From Eledone cirrhosa (taxonomy: Eukaryota), in assembly GCA_964016885.1 (NCBI GenBank), contig OZ024743.1, positions 56,854,001 to 56,918,000 on the forward strand: a stretch of DNA of 64,000 nt, given 5' to 3'. A program made the position numbers and the translations under genes. The notes under the pieces were generated by a model. The model did not search any database. It was not told where the DNA came from and saw only the letters and a list, made by a program, of their open reading frames with translations. Shown here piece by piece: positions 11,491-24,360 of the stretch; within the stretch, counting starts at the first letter, position 1, and each line of letters starts with the position of its first letter.

Positions 11491-14305
11491 GTAGACTAAG
11501 GTATAATGTTGGGTCATAGTAGGATAGATTAAGACTGTAATGTTGGGTTATAGTAGCATAGACTAAGGTATTATGTTGGGTCATAGTAGGATAGACTAAG
11601 GTATTATGTTGGGTCATAGTAGGATAGACTAAGGTATTATGTTGGGTCATAGTAGGATAGACTAAGGTATTATGTTGGGTTATAGTAGGATAGACTAAGG
11701 TATTATGTTGGGTCATAGTAGGATAGACTAAGGTATTATGTTGGGATATAGTAGGATAGACTAAGGTATTATGGTGGGATATAGTAGGATAGACTAAGGT
11801 ATTATGTTGGGTCATAGTAGGATAGACTAAGGTATTATGTTGGGTCATAGTAGGATAGACTAAGGTATTATGTTGGGATATAGTAGGATAGACTAAGGTA
11901 TTATGTTGGGATATAGTAGGATAGACTAAGATATTATGTTGGGTCATAGTAGGATAGACTAAGGTATTACGTTGGGTCATAGTAGGATAGACTAAGGTAT
12001 TATGTTGGGTTATAGTAGGATAGACTAAGGTATTATGTTGGGATATAGTAGGATAGACTAAGGTATTATGTTGGGATATAGTAGGATAGACTAAGGTATT
12101 ATGTTGGGTCATAGTAACATAGACTAAGGTATTATGTTGGGATATAGTAGGATAGACTAAGGTATTATGTTGGGTCATAGTAGGATAGACTAAGGTATTA
12201 TGTTGGGATATAGTAGGATAGACTAAGGTATTATGTTGGGTCATAGTAGGATAGACTAAGGTATTATGTTGGGTCATAGTAGGATAGACTAAGGTATTAT
12301 GTTGAGTCATAGTAGGATAGACTAAGGTATTATGTTGGGATATAGTAGGATAGACTAAGGTATTATGTTGGGTCATAGTAGGATAGACTAAGGTATTATG
12401 TTGGGATATAGTAGGATAGACTAAGGTATTATGTTGGGATATAGTAGGATAGACTAAGGTATTATGTTGGGTCATAGTAGGATAGACTAAGGTATTATGT
12501 TGGGATATAGTAGGATAGACTAAGGTATTATGTTGGGATATAGTAGGATAGACTAAGGTATTATGTTGGGATATAGTAGGATAGACTAAGGTATTATGTT
12601 GGGTCATAGTAGGATAGACTAAGGTATTATGTTGGGATATAGTAGGATAGACTAAGGTATTATGTTGGGATATAGTAGGATAGACTAAGGTATTATGTTG
12701 GGATATAGTAGGATAGACTAAGGTATTATGTTGGGTCATAGTAGGATAGACTAAGGTATTATGTTGGGTCATAGTAGGATAGACTAAGGTATTATGTTGG
12801 GATATAGTAGGATAGACTAAGGTATTATGTTGGGTCATAGTAGGATAGACTAAGGTATTATGTTGGGATATAGTAGGATAGACTAAGGTATTATGTTGGG
12901 TCATAGTAGGATAGACTAAGGTATTATGTTGGGTCATAGTAGGATAGACTAAGGTATTACGTTGGGTCATAGTAGGATAGACTAAGGTATTACGTTGGGT
13001 CATAGTAGGATAGACTAAGGTATTATGTTGGGTCATAGTAGGATAGACTAAGGTATTATGTTGGGTCATAGTAGGATAGATTAAGGTATTATGTTGGGTC
13101 ATAGTAGGATAGACTAAGGTATTATGTTGGGTCATAGTAGGACAGACTAAGGCATTATGTTGGGTTATAGTAGGATAGACTAAGGTATTACGTTGGGTCA
13201 TAGTAGGATAGACTAAGGTATTATGTTAGGTCATAGTAGGATAGACTAAGTTATTATGTTGGGTCATAGTAGGATAGACTAAGGTATTATGTTGGGTCAT
13301 AGTAGGATAGACTAAGTTATTATGTTGGGATATAGTAGGATAGACTAAGGTATTATGTTGGGTCATAGTAGGACAGACTAAGGTATTATGTTGGGTTATA
13401 GTAACATAGACTAAGGTATTATGTTGGGTCATAGTAGGATAGACTAAGGTATTATGTTGGGTCATAGTAGGATAGACTAAGGTATTATGTTGGGTTATAG
13501 CAAGATAGATTAAGGTATTATGTTGGGTCATAGTAGGATAAACTAAGGCATTATGTTGGGTTATAGTAACATAGACTAAGGTATTATGTTGGGTTATAGC
13601 AAGATAGACTAAGGTATTATGTTGGGTCATAGTAGGATAGACTAAGGTATTATGTTGGGTTATAGTAACATAGACTAAGGTATTATGTTGGGTCATAGTA
13701 GGATAGACTAAGGTATTATGTTGGGTCATAGTAGGATAGACTAAGGTATTATGTTGGGTTATAGTAACATAGACTAAGGTATTATGTTGGGTCATAGTAG
13801 GATAGACTAAGGTATTATGTTGGGTCATAGTAGGATAGACTAAGGTATTATGTTGGGTTATAGTAGGACAGACTAAGGTATTATGTTGGGTTATAGTAAC
13901 ATAGACTAAGGTATTATGTTGGGTCATAGTAGGATAGACTAAGGTATTATGTTGGGTCATAGTAGGATAGACTAAGGTATTATGTTGGGTTATAGTAACA
14001 TAGACTAAGGTATTATGTTGGGTTATAGCAAGATAGACTAAGGTATTATGTTGGGTCATAGTAGGATAGACTAAAGTATTATGTTGGGTCATAGTAGGAT
14101 AGACTAAGGTATTATGTTGGGTCATAGTAGGATAGATTAAGGTATTATGTTGGGTCATAGTAGGATAGACTAAGGTATTATGTTGGGTTATAGTAACATA
14201 GACTAAGGTATTATGTTGGGTCATAGTAGGATAGACTAAGGTATTATGTTGGGTCATAGTAGGATAGACTAAGGTATTATATTGGGTTATAGCAAGATAG
14301 ATTAA
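11491..14305. repeat. 33-bp minisatellite (ATAGACTAAGGTATTATGTTGGGTCATAGTAGG), about 85 units, in an OLA1 intron
   Basis: Direct tandem periodicity. Confidence 0.98.
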
Positions 14306-14442
14306 GAATGTAATTCCAGGTCATAGCTGGCTAAGACCAAAGCCATACTGGGTCATAAGAGAATAGACTAAGATTGTTATGTTAGATTGTAGTAAGATTT
14401 GAACATTTAACATTCCATGTTAAAGAAGAAAGCAATACTTAC

Positions 14443-14570
14443 TAATTACATGGAAGATGGCATCACAAGCACTTATATTTGAAAGGAAAGCATTTCCAAG
14501 TCCCTTTCCTTCATGTGCTCCTTGGACAAGACCAGCAATATCAACAATGTTCAAAAAAGCTGGAACCTTG
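14443..14570 (-). CDS. OLA1: OLA1 coding exon 4 ([42 protein letters not shown])
   Basis: G3 motif DIAG and GxGLGNAFL Obg-family signature; TAG/GTAAG boundaries; 128 nt. Confidence 0.98.
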
Positions 14571-16266
14571 CTACAAAAAAATGAAAAAAAATCCATTACT
14601 TATACGATATATAAACTGGAAGTCCATCAGTAATGATGATGAGTTTTCTAGTTGTTTTGATCAATGAAACAGCCTACTTGTGAAATTAGCATGAAAGTAG
14701 CTGAGCATTCCACAGACATGTGCACCCTTAATGTAGTTCTCAGGGAGATTCAGCATAACACAGAATATGATAAGGTTAGCCCTTCGATTTACAGATAGAA
14801 CTCTTATTTACCAGCTGAGTGGACTGCAGCAATGAGAAATAAAGTGTCTTGCTCAAGGACACAAAGAGTTGCTAGGAATTGAACTTATGACCTTACAATC
14901 GTGAGCCAAATACTTTAACAACTAAGCAACCTGCCTTCATGTATATATGATATATATGTGTGTGAAGGCATATGGCTTAGTGGTTAGAGAGTTGAATTCA
15001 CAATTGTGAGTTAGTGAGTTCGATTCACAAACCAGGCAGTGTGTTGTTTCCTTGAGCAAGAGACACTTTATTTCATGTTGTTCCAGTTCACTCAGCTACA
15101 GAAATGCGTAGTGACATCTCTGGTGCCAAGTTGTATTGACATGGTTAGGGTGTTAGGCTCATGATCATGATCATGCATTCGATTCCCAGATTGGGTAGTG
15201 AGCTGTTTTCTTCAGTAAAGCACTTCATTTCATGCTGCTCCAGTTGACTCAGTTGAAAATGAGTATTCAGCACCAGTAGCTGGAGATTAACCTTGCAAAA
15301 GATTGGCATTCCATCCAAGGGCGGGAGTGGAGATGGAGTTTTGTACTTTCAATGGCAAAACAACATCAAAATAAGGATAACCTTCAGCCTGATGGACCTC
15401 TAGAAACATAGTATGTGTTTCACAATATATAAGCACTGTGAGATGAGGACAAGAAAAAGAAAAAAAAGCTTGCTTTACACATTATCATTTTACTGGTTTC
15501 AATTATTAGATTATGGTTATTGACCCTAGTACTTATTTTATTGACCTCTTTTTGTTAGACTGCTAAGTTACAGGACATAAACAAACAGACACACGTGCAT
15601 GTATATGATAGGTTTCTGTGCAGTATCTGTCTACTAAATTTCATTCATAAGGTAGTGGCCAATCTGAGGCTATAGTAGAAGACATGCCCAAGAGGCCACA
15701 TAATGGGACTGAACTTGAAACCATGTGATTGTGAAGCAAATCCCTTAACCACACAACCATGCCTGCATCTAAAAATATCTTTGTTTTGTATGTCTAAGCT
15801 ATGTGGCAGAGTTGATTAGCTGATGTTTCTCTTATGCAATGACATTTAAAAAAATATTCTATAAAACAAGTTGAAGGAATGTTTAGTGAGAAATTGATAG
15901 GTATTCAGCTGGATCAAAAGATTCAATCTTTGGCATTATGTCAGTGCTTATAATAAATGGCAGCCAAAAAAGAAAAACTCTCATAATTTTATGTAAGAAC
16001 CATTATTAAGTTATGTTCCAAACACCAGCTTAACCTTTAACATCCTGTACCACATAAGACAACATAAACAAGACATTCTTTAAAAGCATGTAGAAAACAC
16101 TCAATGAAACGTGAGACCATACATGCGCACAGGTCCCTGGCCTGCTTAGGACATCTGACTTGGTCTATATGGACCTGTCCAACACTTGCTAGCAGGGAAA
16201 GAGGACATTCAAATGACAATGATGATGATGAAAACAGTGCTATGACTGCATCACATTAAAAATTAA

Positions 16267-16525
16267 CCCTTTAGTATTTACACTACTCTATATATACTAT
16301 TGTATTTCCACAGTAAACATTTTATCTCACATAATATCAAATGTATAAAATTTTGATACTATTTATTTTAAGAACAATACCTTAACATATGTGGTCCTAC
16401 CCATGCTAGCGTGGAAAATGGACATTAAATGATGATGATGATGATGAGTGGCTGGTTAAAGCCAGTTTGAACAGGAAGAGGTGAAAGAATTCTAGCCGGA
16501 TATGGTCAGTTTAAATGCTAAAGGG
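16267..16525. mobile_element. TTAA-flanked (piggyBac-type) MITE carrying a small RTE tail insertion
   Basis: TTAA|CCCTTTAG.ATTTA ... TAAATGCTAAAGGG|TTAA; homologous to 36627-36847. Confidence 0.75.
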
Positions 16526-16779
16526 TTAAAGCCTTTTACTCTAATACAACAATTTTCATAATCTATACACTAGAAAAGAAACAATAAACATTTGAATTAA
16601 CAAACTTGCTTTTAGATATTTTCTGCTAAACTATTGAAGGGTGTTAAAAGTTAATTATGAGAATATTAATTATATTACTAAATCCTTCTAAATTTTTCAT
16701 TATTTTCAAAATGATTTGAAATTCATAAGCAGTGTATTCCATTAGAAATATGTTGTCACAAGTTTCCATAGATACTCAC

Positions 16780-16840
16780 CTGAGAGGTTTGTAATGTTCA
16801 CAAAGGTAATCAAATCTCACATCTGGAACAGCAACACGGC
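16780..16840 (-). CDS. OLA1: OLA1 coding exon 3 (SRVAVPDVRFDYLCEHYKPLS)
   Basis: Matches the OLA1 RVPVPDERFDFLC region; CAG/GTGAG boundaries; 61 nt. Confidence 0.96.
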
Positions 16841-18865
16841 CTGAATAATACAAAATAGAGAGGCTGCAGAAATGATATAAGAGAAGGAAGATAACAACAT
16901 CAAATATAACAATAATTCAAATACCCTCTGTAAGAGGAGGGGGTCAGTAATTGTATAGTGTATGTTCGTAAATATTTCATGGGATTTCTGGTAGTGTTCT
17001 TTTTTGTCATATATAATGTTTTTTAATGTAAAATAAAATTATCAGATTCTCCAGCTGCTGTATCAATATGAATTACTTACAATAAAATTTCGTTGGGGAT
17101 AGATTAGAAAATTTAATAAGCGGGGGTGGGGGATGGGGACGGACGGACGAATAAAAGTGGGTGGTGGTGGTGGTGGTGGAAAAACACCCTGAAAAATTAA
17201 TAAGCGGGAGTGGGACGGGAAATGATTATTCAAGACCTGAGAGTATGTAACCAACAGTTTTAGAGTTTCATTATCCTTTAACATTCATTTTCTATACTGG
17301 CATGGGTTGGACATGTCACCACAGACCACGTTAGTGCTTAATCGGAGCTACTGTCCTCCCTGACTGGTCAGGAGGGGAGGGGGTCACATCTCACATACTT
17401 TCTGGTTTTGACATGCCTTTTACAGCTGGATTCATCTTGGCTCTTTACTTTCTGAGTTCAAATCCTGCCAAGGTCAACTTTGCCTTTTATCCTTTTGAGG
17501 TTGATAAAAAAAGTACCAGTCAAGTACTAGAGTAAATTGTTCATCTATATCTCTTTCTCACTGTTATTCTCTCACTCTCTCTCCATCCTTTTCTGCTCGT
17601 ACACTTTGTTTGACTGGATGCCCTTCCTAATGCCAACTATTTTACAGCATGTACTGGAAGCATGGTTTCAACCAAATGCAATTTGAAAGGCAAGTTCTTG
17701 TTAATTGTCGACAAACTTGGTTTTCATTAATGAGGGAATACTCTTGGGTCTTGAATAATTGCCCTTCCTCTCGCCCACTTATTAAATTTTGTTAATCTAT
17801 CTCCAGCGAAATTTTATTTTAAATGGTAATAACTAGAAAAATTATCGATTTTCCACTATTATTTGAGACCCGAGAGTGCGTGGTAAAAATTGTTTCAGGA
17901 CACTGACCTGAGTCAATATAGAGAGCAACTATGATACAAGGGGAGCAACTAATTGAGATAAAATTATCTTTCGTAAGAGAGACTACTCATAATTCTTCTT
18001 TTATATCACAGTTGTCAAATGATTTTCCTGGTCAATCTGTTAACAATGTCCCACTTTAAATTTCCTGTTGAGAGATACTGCAAGCTAATTCAGTATATGC
18101 AGTTTCTCAGACAGACAGAGTTCATCGTTGCATAAACCAGTAAAACATGGAGGAGCCCAGTTGACAACGTCCCAAGTTATTTTTACTGAGGCACGTATCG
18201 AAGCATATACAATATGTCTATGTATAATAAGCATATTATATATGCTTCCATTCTGAATCACACTATTTTAGTGTTCCTGTAAATTAGAATATAGTCCAGC
18301 AGTTGTGTCCTTGGTCTCAACAATTTCCACTATGTTACTTGCCTCAACCAATGTAAACCAAGTTTACTAATAATCAACAAGGGTTTTAACTTTACCCATG
18401 GTGAACATCTGAATGATTAAACATACGTTTTATGTTTATGAAACTCTAAGTGATAGATATTTTAATCAACAGCTATTCATCAACATCATCATTGCTTTAT
18501 GCCAGCATAGGTTGATGGTAAGATTTTGAGGGAGTGTTTTATACGCTTCCTGACTTCAAACCTTTTAGTTGCCTCTTACAAATAGCATTAACCTTTTTGA
18601 TACTAACCCAACCGGCCTTGGTTCTATGAAACAAAACCACCCATTTTATAGGGTTACTATTTAAATTAAATGTTTGCAACATAATTGTATATGAGAACCA
18701 TATGTTAACCATACCTTAGTAATGAAATAATTAATTATTTTAATAAATCTGTGAAAATTCCCAAAATTAGAAATACAGACATGAGAGGGTTGCGAGTGTT
18801 TCAATATATAACAATTAATGTCAGTAACAAGATATAAAAGACAATTAACAGAAATGGTTACTTAC

Positions 18866-18948
18866 TTTCATTTGGGTCTATTGTACAAAATGGAAAGTTC
18901 TCAGCTGATGCTTGACTTTTTGTTAGAACATTAAAAAACGAAGACTTC
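18866..18948 (-). CDS. OLA1: OLA1 coding exon 2 ([28 protein letters not shown])
   Basis: End of P-loop plus switch I motif [10 protein letters not shown]; AG/GTAAG boundaries; 83 nt; phase consistent with neighbours. Confidence 0.97.
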
Positions 18949-19612
18949 CTAGATAAAAGAAGATAAAAATGGATTTAGAAAGTCTTTAAATACTTATAAA
19001 CACATTATGATTAGATGTGTCCAAATAAAGCCATTTCATTTTCCTGAAATGTTTAACCATTTCGTTAGCATATTTCTAATGAAAGACTGGTCAGGTGACC
19101 ATGTTCTGCTTGTACACTCCATTCTTGGCTTGGTTTCTATGGCTGGATGCCCTTCTTAACACCAATCACTGAAAGCATTTTATCATTATTCCAGCACTAT
19201 CACATTATAGGGTGGACTGGGTACTTTTTTTTATCATCGCTCCAGCACGTCTATTTCACAGAGTGGCCAAAGTGCATTTTATTATGTCACCAGCACTACC
19301 TCATTGCAACACCAAGCTGTTTAGTGTGTCTTTTGCCAAACTGGGGAGAGTAATGGTTGGCAGATGTATGTGCAAAAAAATGTGGGGGGTGCAGGTTATA
19401 TTCTAATTGCTGGGGGAGAGGGTGTCCTTGAATTAAGTGGGATGTGCCTGACTTTCTGTGTTGGCCTAAGTCACCAGAAGAATTGAGTCAGGGATGTGAA
19501 TGTGAAAGTAGTGACAGAGGCTGGGCAGAAAAAAATGAATAAGAGAAAGTCTGCCCGGGCTTTCTATGTTGGCATATCAAACAGAATGTGATAATGTCTA
19601 TGTGTCACTCAC

Positions 19613-19710
19613 CCAACATTAGGAAGACCAACAATACCAATTTTTAAATTAGTACCAACACGACCCATTAAGGGAGGTATCTGTGCTTCTTCTTTCTTTT
19701 TTAGTGGCAT
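19613..19710 (-). CDS. OLA1: OLA1 coding exon 1 ([33 protein letters not shown])
   Basis: Manual translation matches the OLA1/YchF N-terminus and the first half of the P-loop. ATG at 19710-19708 is preceded 1 nt upstream by an AG acceptor (19713-19712); GTGAG donor at 19612. Confidence 0.96.
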
Positions 19711-20239
19711 TCTGGAAAATAAGAGAACCCATTATTAGAACTGAATAAATACAAAATAAAGATCTGGTATAGATTAGGTGAACACAGCCAATTTCTTCTG
19801 GAGAAAGTAGTACAAGAATCAACCTCAGTACTGGGTTTGTACTTTATTTATTGACCTGGAAAGGATGAAAAGTAAAGTTGACTTTGCTGGGATTTGAACT
19901 TGGTGTGTTGAAAGCTGGAATAAGTACAGCAAAGCATTCATGTGACATTCTAGTGACTCTACTAATTTGCCACATTGCCTCTAACACTCTGACAGGCTAA
20001 CCCCTACATTATGATATACTACCTTTACACTATGACATGCTACCCCTTACACTATGACATATTAAACTCTATGCTATATGCTACCCTCTATACTATAATA
20101 TATGAGACCCTACATTACGACAGGTTACCCTATATACTATGACATATTAGACATGCTACACCAGTGGTTCTCAACCTTTTTTTTTATCTATGAATCACTT
20201 AATTTCTATTTTACTCATTTGATATTTAAAAAATCCTAT

Positions 20240-22040
20240 TGTATGCCATTATCAACATCATCGTTTTAATGTCTATTTTCCTTACTAGTAAGAGATGGAT
20301 GGGTCTACATAAACCAAGTCAGTATTGGACCAGGGCTACTGACCTCCTAGACAGGCCGAGAGGTCTATATGTCGCTTACGTATGGGAGGAGCCCCCTAAC
20401 ACCTTGTTTGGCAAATTTTCTATGGCTGGATGCCCTTCGTATCACCAACCACTTTACAGTGTGCACCGGGTGCATCTATCGTGCAGGTCACCAAATATTA
20501 GGGAGGCAGTCATGTCCTTGACACGACTGAAGCGTCTTCCCAACTCTTTGTTTGGCAAGCTCTGCATAGCTGCATGCCATTCCCATCACCAGCTACTTCA
20601 CAAGGGGGCAGTGGCCAGGAATATGTGGGGAGGGGGCATGGTGTGTGTGTAGTGTGGATGGTGTAGTGGTGTTGAGAACAGCTGTTAGTGAGTGGTAGTG
20701 GAAAGGGGATATGTGGGGGTAGGTCAGGCCACATTGTATGTTGCAGGTCAGGTCTTCTTCAGCACTGCATAGCGCTAGCCCACGTGGTCTTTCATCATTT
20801 CTGTTGTGAGGTTTAGTTTTTTAAGGTTAGTCTTCACAACCTCATCCCATGTCTTCTTGGGTCTACCTCTTCCATGGGTCCCAGCCACTGGGATTTCTCT
20901 GCCTTTCTTTATACAGCTGTTATCTTCCATGTGCATTACATGTCCTTGCACAATATATCCAATTCCTCTTATACTGAGTTTTTCTCTCAGTTTGCTTATG
21001 CTATGTTACTCATGCACACTAACATTATACATCCATCGGTGCATACTTGACTCATTTCTTTCTAGCCTCTGCAGTCAAGGCCCATGTTTCACTGCCATGT
21101 AACATACGAGTAGCAGTCTGCACAAAGTCATCATACAGTCTACCCTTCACTCTGAGAGAAAAGTATTTTGTTGTTAACAGTGTAATAGATCTCTAAACTT
21201 CTTTGAGCCTGTTCTTATCCTAGCTATCACACCTTTGGTGCATCCTGCTCCACTGCAAATTTGGTCGCCTAACTAGCAAAAGCTGTCAACAACTTTTAAT
21301 GAACACTCCTGGCAGCTGAAGGAATCTATTTCACGTACGCTCTCTTCCCCTGTGCATCAGCCACATCTAAAGTCTATCTTTTCTGTTAGCCTACCTGCAA
21401 TCCTATTACATATCTTGTGCATCCATAGCTTATAGTGAGTGCACCTTATAGAATTTCTGCCCACCCCTTTCTGACATATCGAACAAGACCACTTTCCTGA
21501 TGGTATCACCATCCTGTCTTCTTTCCTACTTATTAAGACTTTATTCTTTGCTTAATTTACTTTTAAGCCTTTTAACTCAAGGTTTTTCTGCCACGCTTGA
21601 AATTTTACCTCTAAATCTCCTATGGATTCAGCTTTGTGGACTCAGTTATCAGCATATAGGAGCTACCATGGAGTGCCAGTTTTAAACTCCTCAGTGATGG
21701 CCAGAAGGATGATGATAAACTGCCAACTACACTTCAAATTTGTCACTGTATTCATTGCCAACTCTCATTCTACTGGTTGCACCTCAAAAAATGGCTTGCA
21801 TGGCCCTCACAAACCATTTGTTTACACCAAGCTTCTTAAGTGCCCACCAGATTATACAGCATGGGAGCCTGTCAAAGGTCTTCTCCAGATCCAGAAATGC
21901 TAGATGCAGTTGCTTACTCTTAGCTAAGTACCTCTCCTATAGTTGTCTCACCAGCAAGAGGGTATCGGTCGTACCCCTACCTAGCATAAATTCAAACTGC
22001 AGCTCATCTAACCTGATTCTTTCCCTAATTAGTCGTGCTA
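20240..22040 (-). mobile_element. Decayed RTE LINE (RT C-terminal half and 3' UTR)
   Basis: Reverse-complement similarity to the 5600-7260 element (FLDLEKTFDR-like segment, zinc-finger region, GRGRPKKTW, tail). Confidence 0.8.
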
Positions 22041-22348
22041 ATATATATATATAGTAAATGACTGATACATTTTTTTAAAAGCAGATACAATGCAGTAGAA
22101 AATATGAAGGGCAAATGATGGTAAATGAAACAAAACAAAGTGTATTTTAGCATATTTCAGGGTTATTACCCTTTTTTCAGATGTGAAGCTGAAACAGTCT
22201 AAGACAAGTCAAACAAATGATTAGAGTTTTCAGAGTTCTTCCCTAACTGGTCCTATGTGTTGGAAAAATGTATGCACATGTGCAAGGTTGCCAAAGCAAC
22301 CATTCTGCTTCATGTCTTTCTGACCTATTATTTATCTCTACATATATA

Positions 22349-22447
22349 CAGGGTGTCCCCCAAAAATGTATACACACTTCAACAGCATTCTAATAAATAT
22401 TGCCTGTACAGGTAATCAAAGTGTGTATACATTTTTGTGACACCCTG
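22349..22447. mobile_element. Tc1/mariner-type MITE (99 bp)
   Basis: TA|CAGGGTGTC..CAAAAATGTATACACACTT ... AAGTGTGTATACATTTTTG.GACACCCTG|TA. Confidence 0.85.
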
Positions 22448-23008
22448 TATATATGTAGAGAGATGTAGCTGCTAAAATAGCAACATGTTCTGCTACCTGT
22501 ACTCACTTTTTTTATACTGATTCTTAATATTCTGATATACGGTAAAATCCTCCCAGTCCACACTGTAAACGTGGTTGGTGTTAGGAAGGGAATCCAGCCG
22601 TAGAAAACCCGCCAGACAACCACTCTTGCCTCAAGTGGGAAAACTCCCGTCCAAACCCATGCAAGCGTGGAAGATGGACGTTAAACGATGATGAATACAA
22701 ACAGATTTCAACACAAACTAATGTAAAAGTATCGATAAAATAAAGTACCAGTAATGTAGTGGGTAATTGCTGGCCTTGTGCCTAACGTAGAAACAATTAT
22801 TCCTCATTATTGTATTATTATCATCATTATTATTGTATTATTATTGTTAATATGTAATTATTATTATAGCCATTACTATTATTATTAATATGGATTATAT
22901 TTTGCTTAGTTGTGTGTTTAATGAAAACTTTATGACAAAACAGTTGTAAAAATTAAATGATTTAAGAACTTCTATCTGTTATCTTAATTTGTTTTATATA
23001 TATATATA

Positions 23009-23807
23009 GGACTGTCTGGCGAGTTTTCTACGGCTGGATGCCCTTCCTAACACCAACCACGTTTACAGTGTGGACTGGGAGGTTTTTACCGTGTTACCTA
23101 CACGGCCACATTACAGCGTGGACTGTGTGTTTTTTTTGTCGTGACACCTACACGACCTCATTTATTTAGGACTGGATGTTGTGGTACCAACATAACTTTA
23201 CATTGAAAGGGGTTGGTGTGGATGGGGAGTGGGTAGTGGGATGGGGGTGTATTTTGGTAAGAGGTGCCTACTGACTGTAGGTTTCGCTTTGCACTTAGGC
23301 AAGGCGGGTCTTCTGTATTACTGTGTAGCGCCAAAGATCTCGGTCCAGTGACATTGTCTTGGAGAGGTGTAAGTGTGTGAGGTCGGAATTTATCAAGTCG
23401 TCCCAGGTTTTTCTGGGTCTGCCTACTCCGTGGCTACTGTCTATTTTGATCGCCCTGCACTTTTTTATACAGCTGTCGTCTTTCATGCGCATCATGTGAC
23501 CATACCAACGTAGTCTTCTCTCGAGTAAACAGCATCTGATCCCTCTTATTCCTAATTTCTCACTTAGTTCATTTATGCTTTGCCGTTCACGTATATTACT
23601 ATTACATATCCAACGGAGCATGCAAGCTTCGTTCCTCTGCACACAATGCCCAAGTCTCACTGCCACTGAAAGGCAGGCTGTATGATGTCTGCATACGAAC
23701 AGCAATGTTACATGGCAGTGAGACTGTGTGCAGAGGAACGAAGCTTGCATGCTCCGTTGGATGTGTAATAGTAATATACGTGAACGGCAAAGCATAAATG
23801 AACTAAA
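23009..23807 (-). mobile_element. RTE 3' fragment with a fold-back inverted duplication at its 5' end
   Basis: ORF 23295..23795 contains RNEACMLRW...RRLRWYGHM...GRPRKTW; 23555-23645 is repeated in inverted orientation at 23726-23806. Confidence 0.9.
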
Positions 23808-24027
23808 TATATATATATGATGACATGATAAAAATTTGAAGGGTCGGTGTCCAACAGAAAGAGGATTTGCTTCGAAATCACTAGACGTATAATTGTGTTC
23901 CGATGCATCACTAATTCTTCGTTTTTCATATTATTATACTCTGCTCCAAAGGAGCATAGAGTGCTCAACTGGCATACCACCTATGGACGCATCCAAGCAA
24001 CCTTACTACAAATATATATATATATAT

Positions 24028-24360
24028 GGAGGCACATGGCTTAGTGGTTAGAGCATTGGCCTTGCAATCGAAAGGTTGTGAGTTCAATTCTCAGACCGGG
24101 TGATGTGTTGTTTCCTTGAGCAAGACACTTTATTTCATTGCTCCAGTTTACTCAGCTGTAGAAATGAGATGGGGTCCCTATCATTCCACTGCAAAGCGGT
24201 CGTGGAGGTGCCACAGCAAAAAAAGCACCCAGCACTCACTGTAAATGAGGTTGGTGTTAGGAAGGGCATCCAGCTGTAGAAATCAAGCCAGAATCAGTTC
24301 CCGTCCCACCCTTGCAAGCAGGGAAAAAGCGGACGTAAAATGAAATGAAAATGAAATGAT
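24028..24360 (+). mobile_element. tRNA-derived SINE with RTE-derived 3' tail
   Basis: Box A (TGGCTTAGTGG) and box B (GAGTTCAATTC), core sequence, then a tail matching the RTE 3' UTR at 7000-7140; near-identical to 43169-43563. Confidence 0.85.

Noticed and set aside
11465-14257. 578-aa and 343-aa ORFs of TQHNTLVYPTM repeats
   Set aside because: By-product of a 33-bp (multiple of 3) minisatellite inside an OLA1 intron; the flanking exons join in frame without it.
24028-24100. tRNA genes at SINE heads (also 14965, 36001, 43169)
   Set aside because: A/B boxes are present but there is no complete cloverleaf or terminator, and the sequence continues into SINE core and tail.
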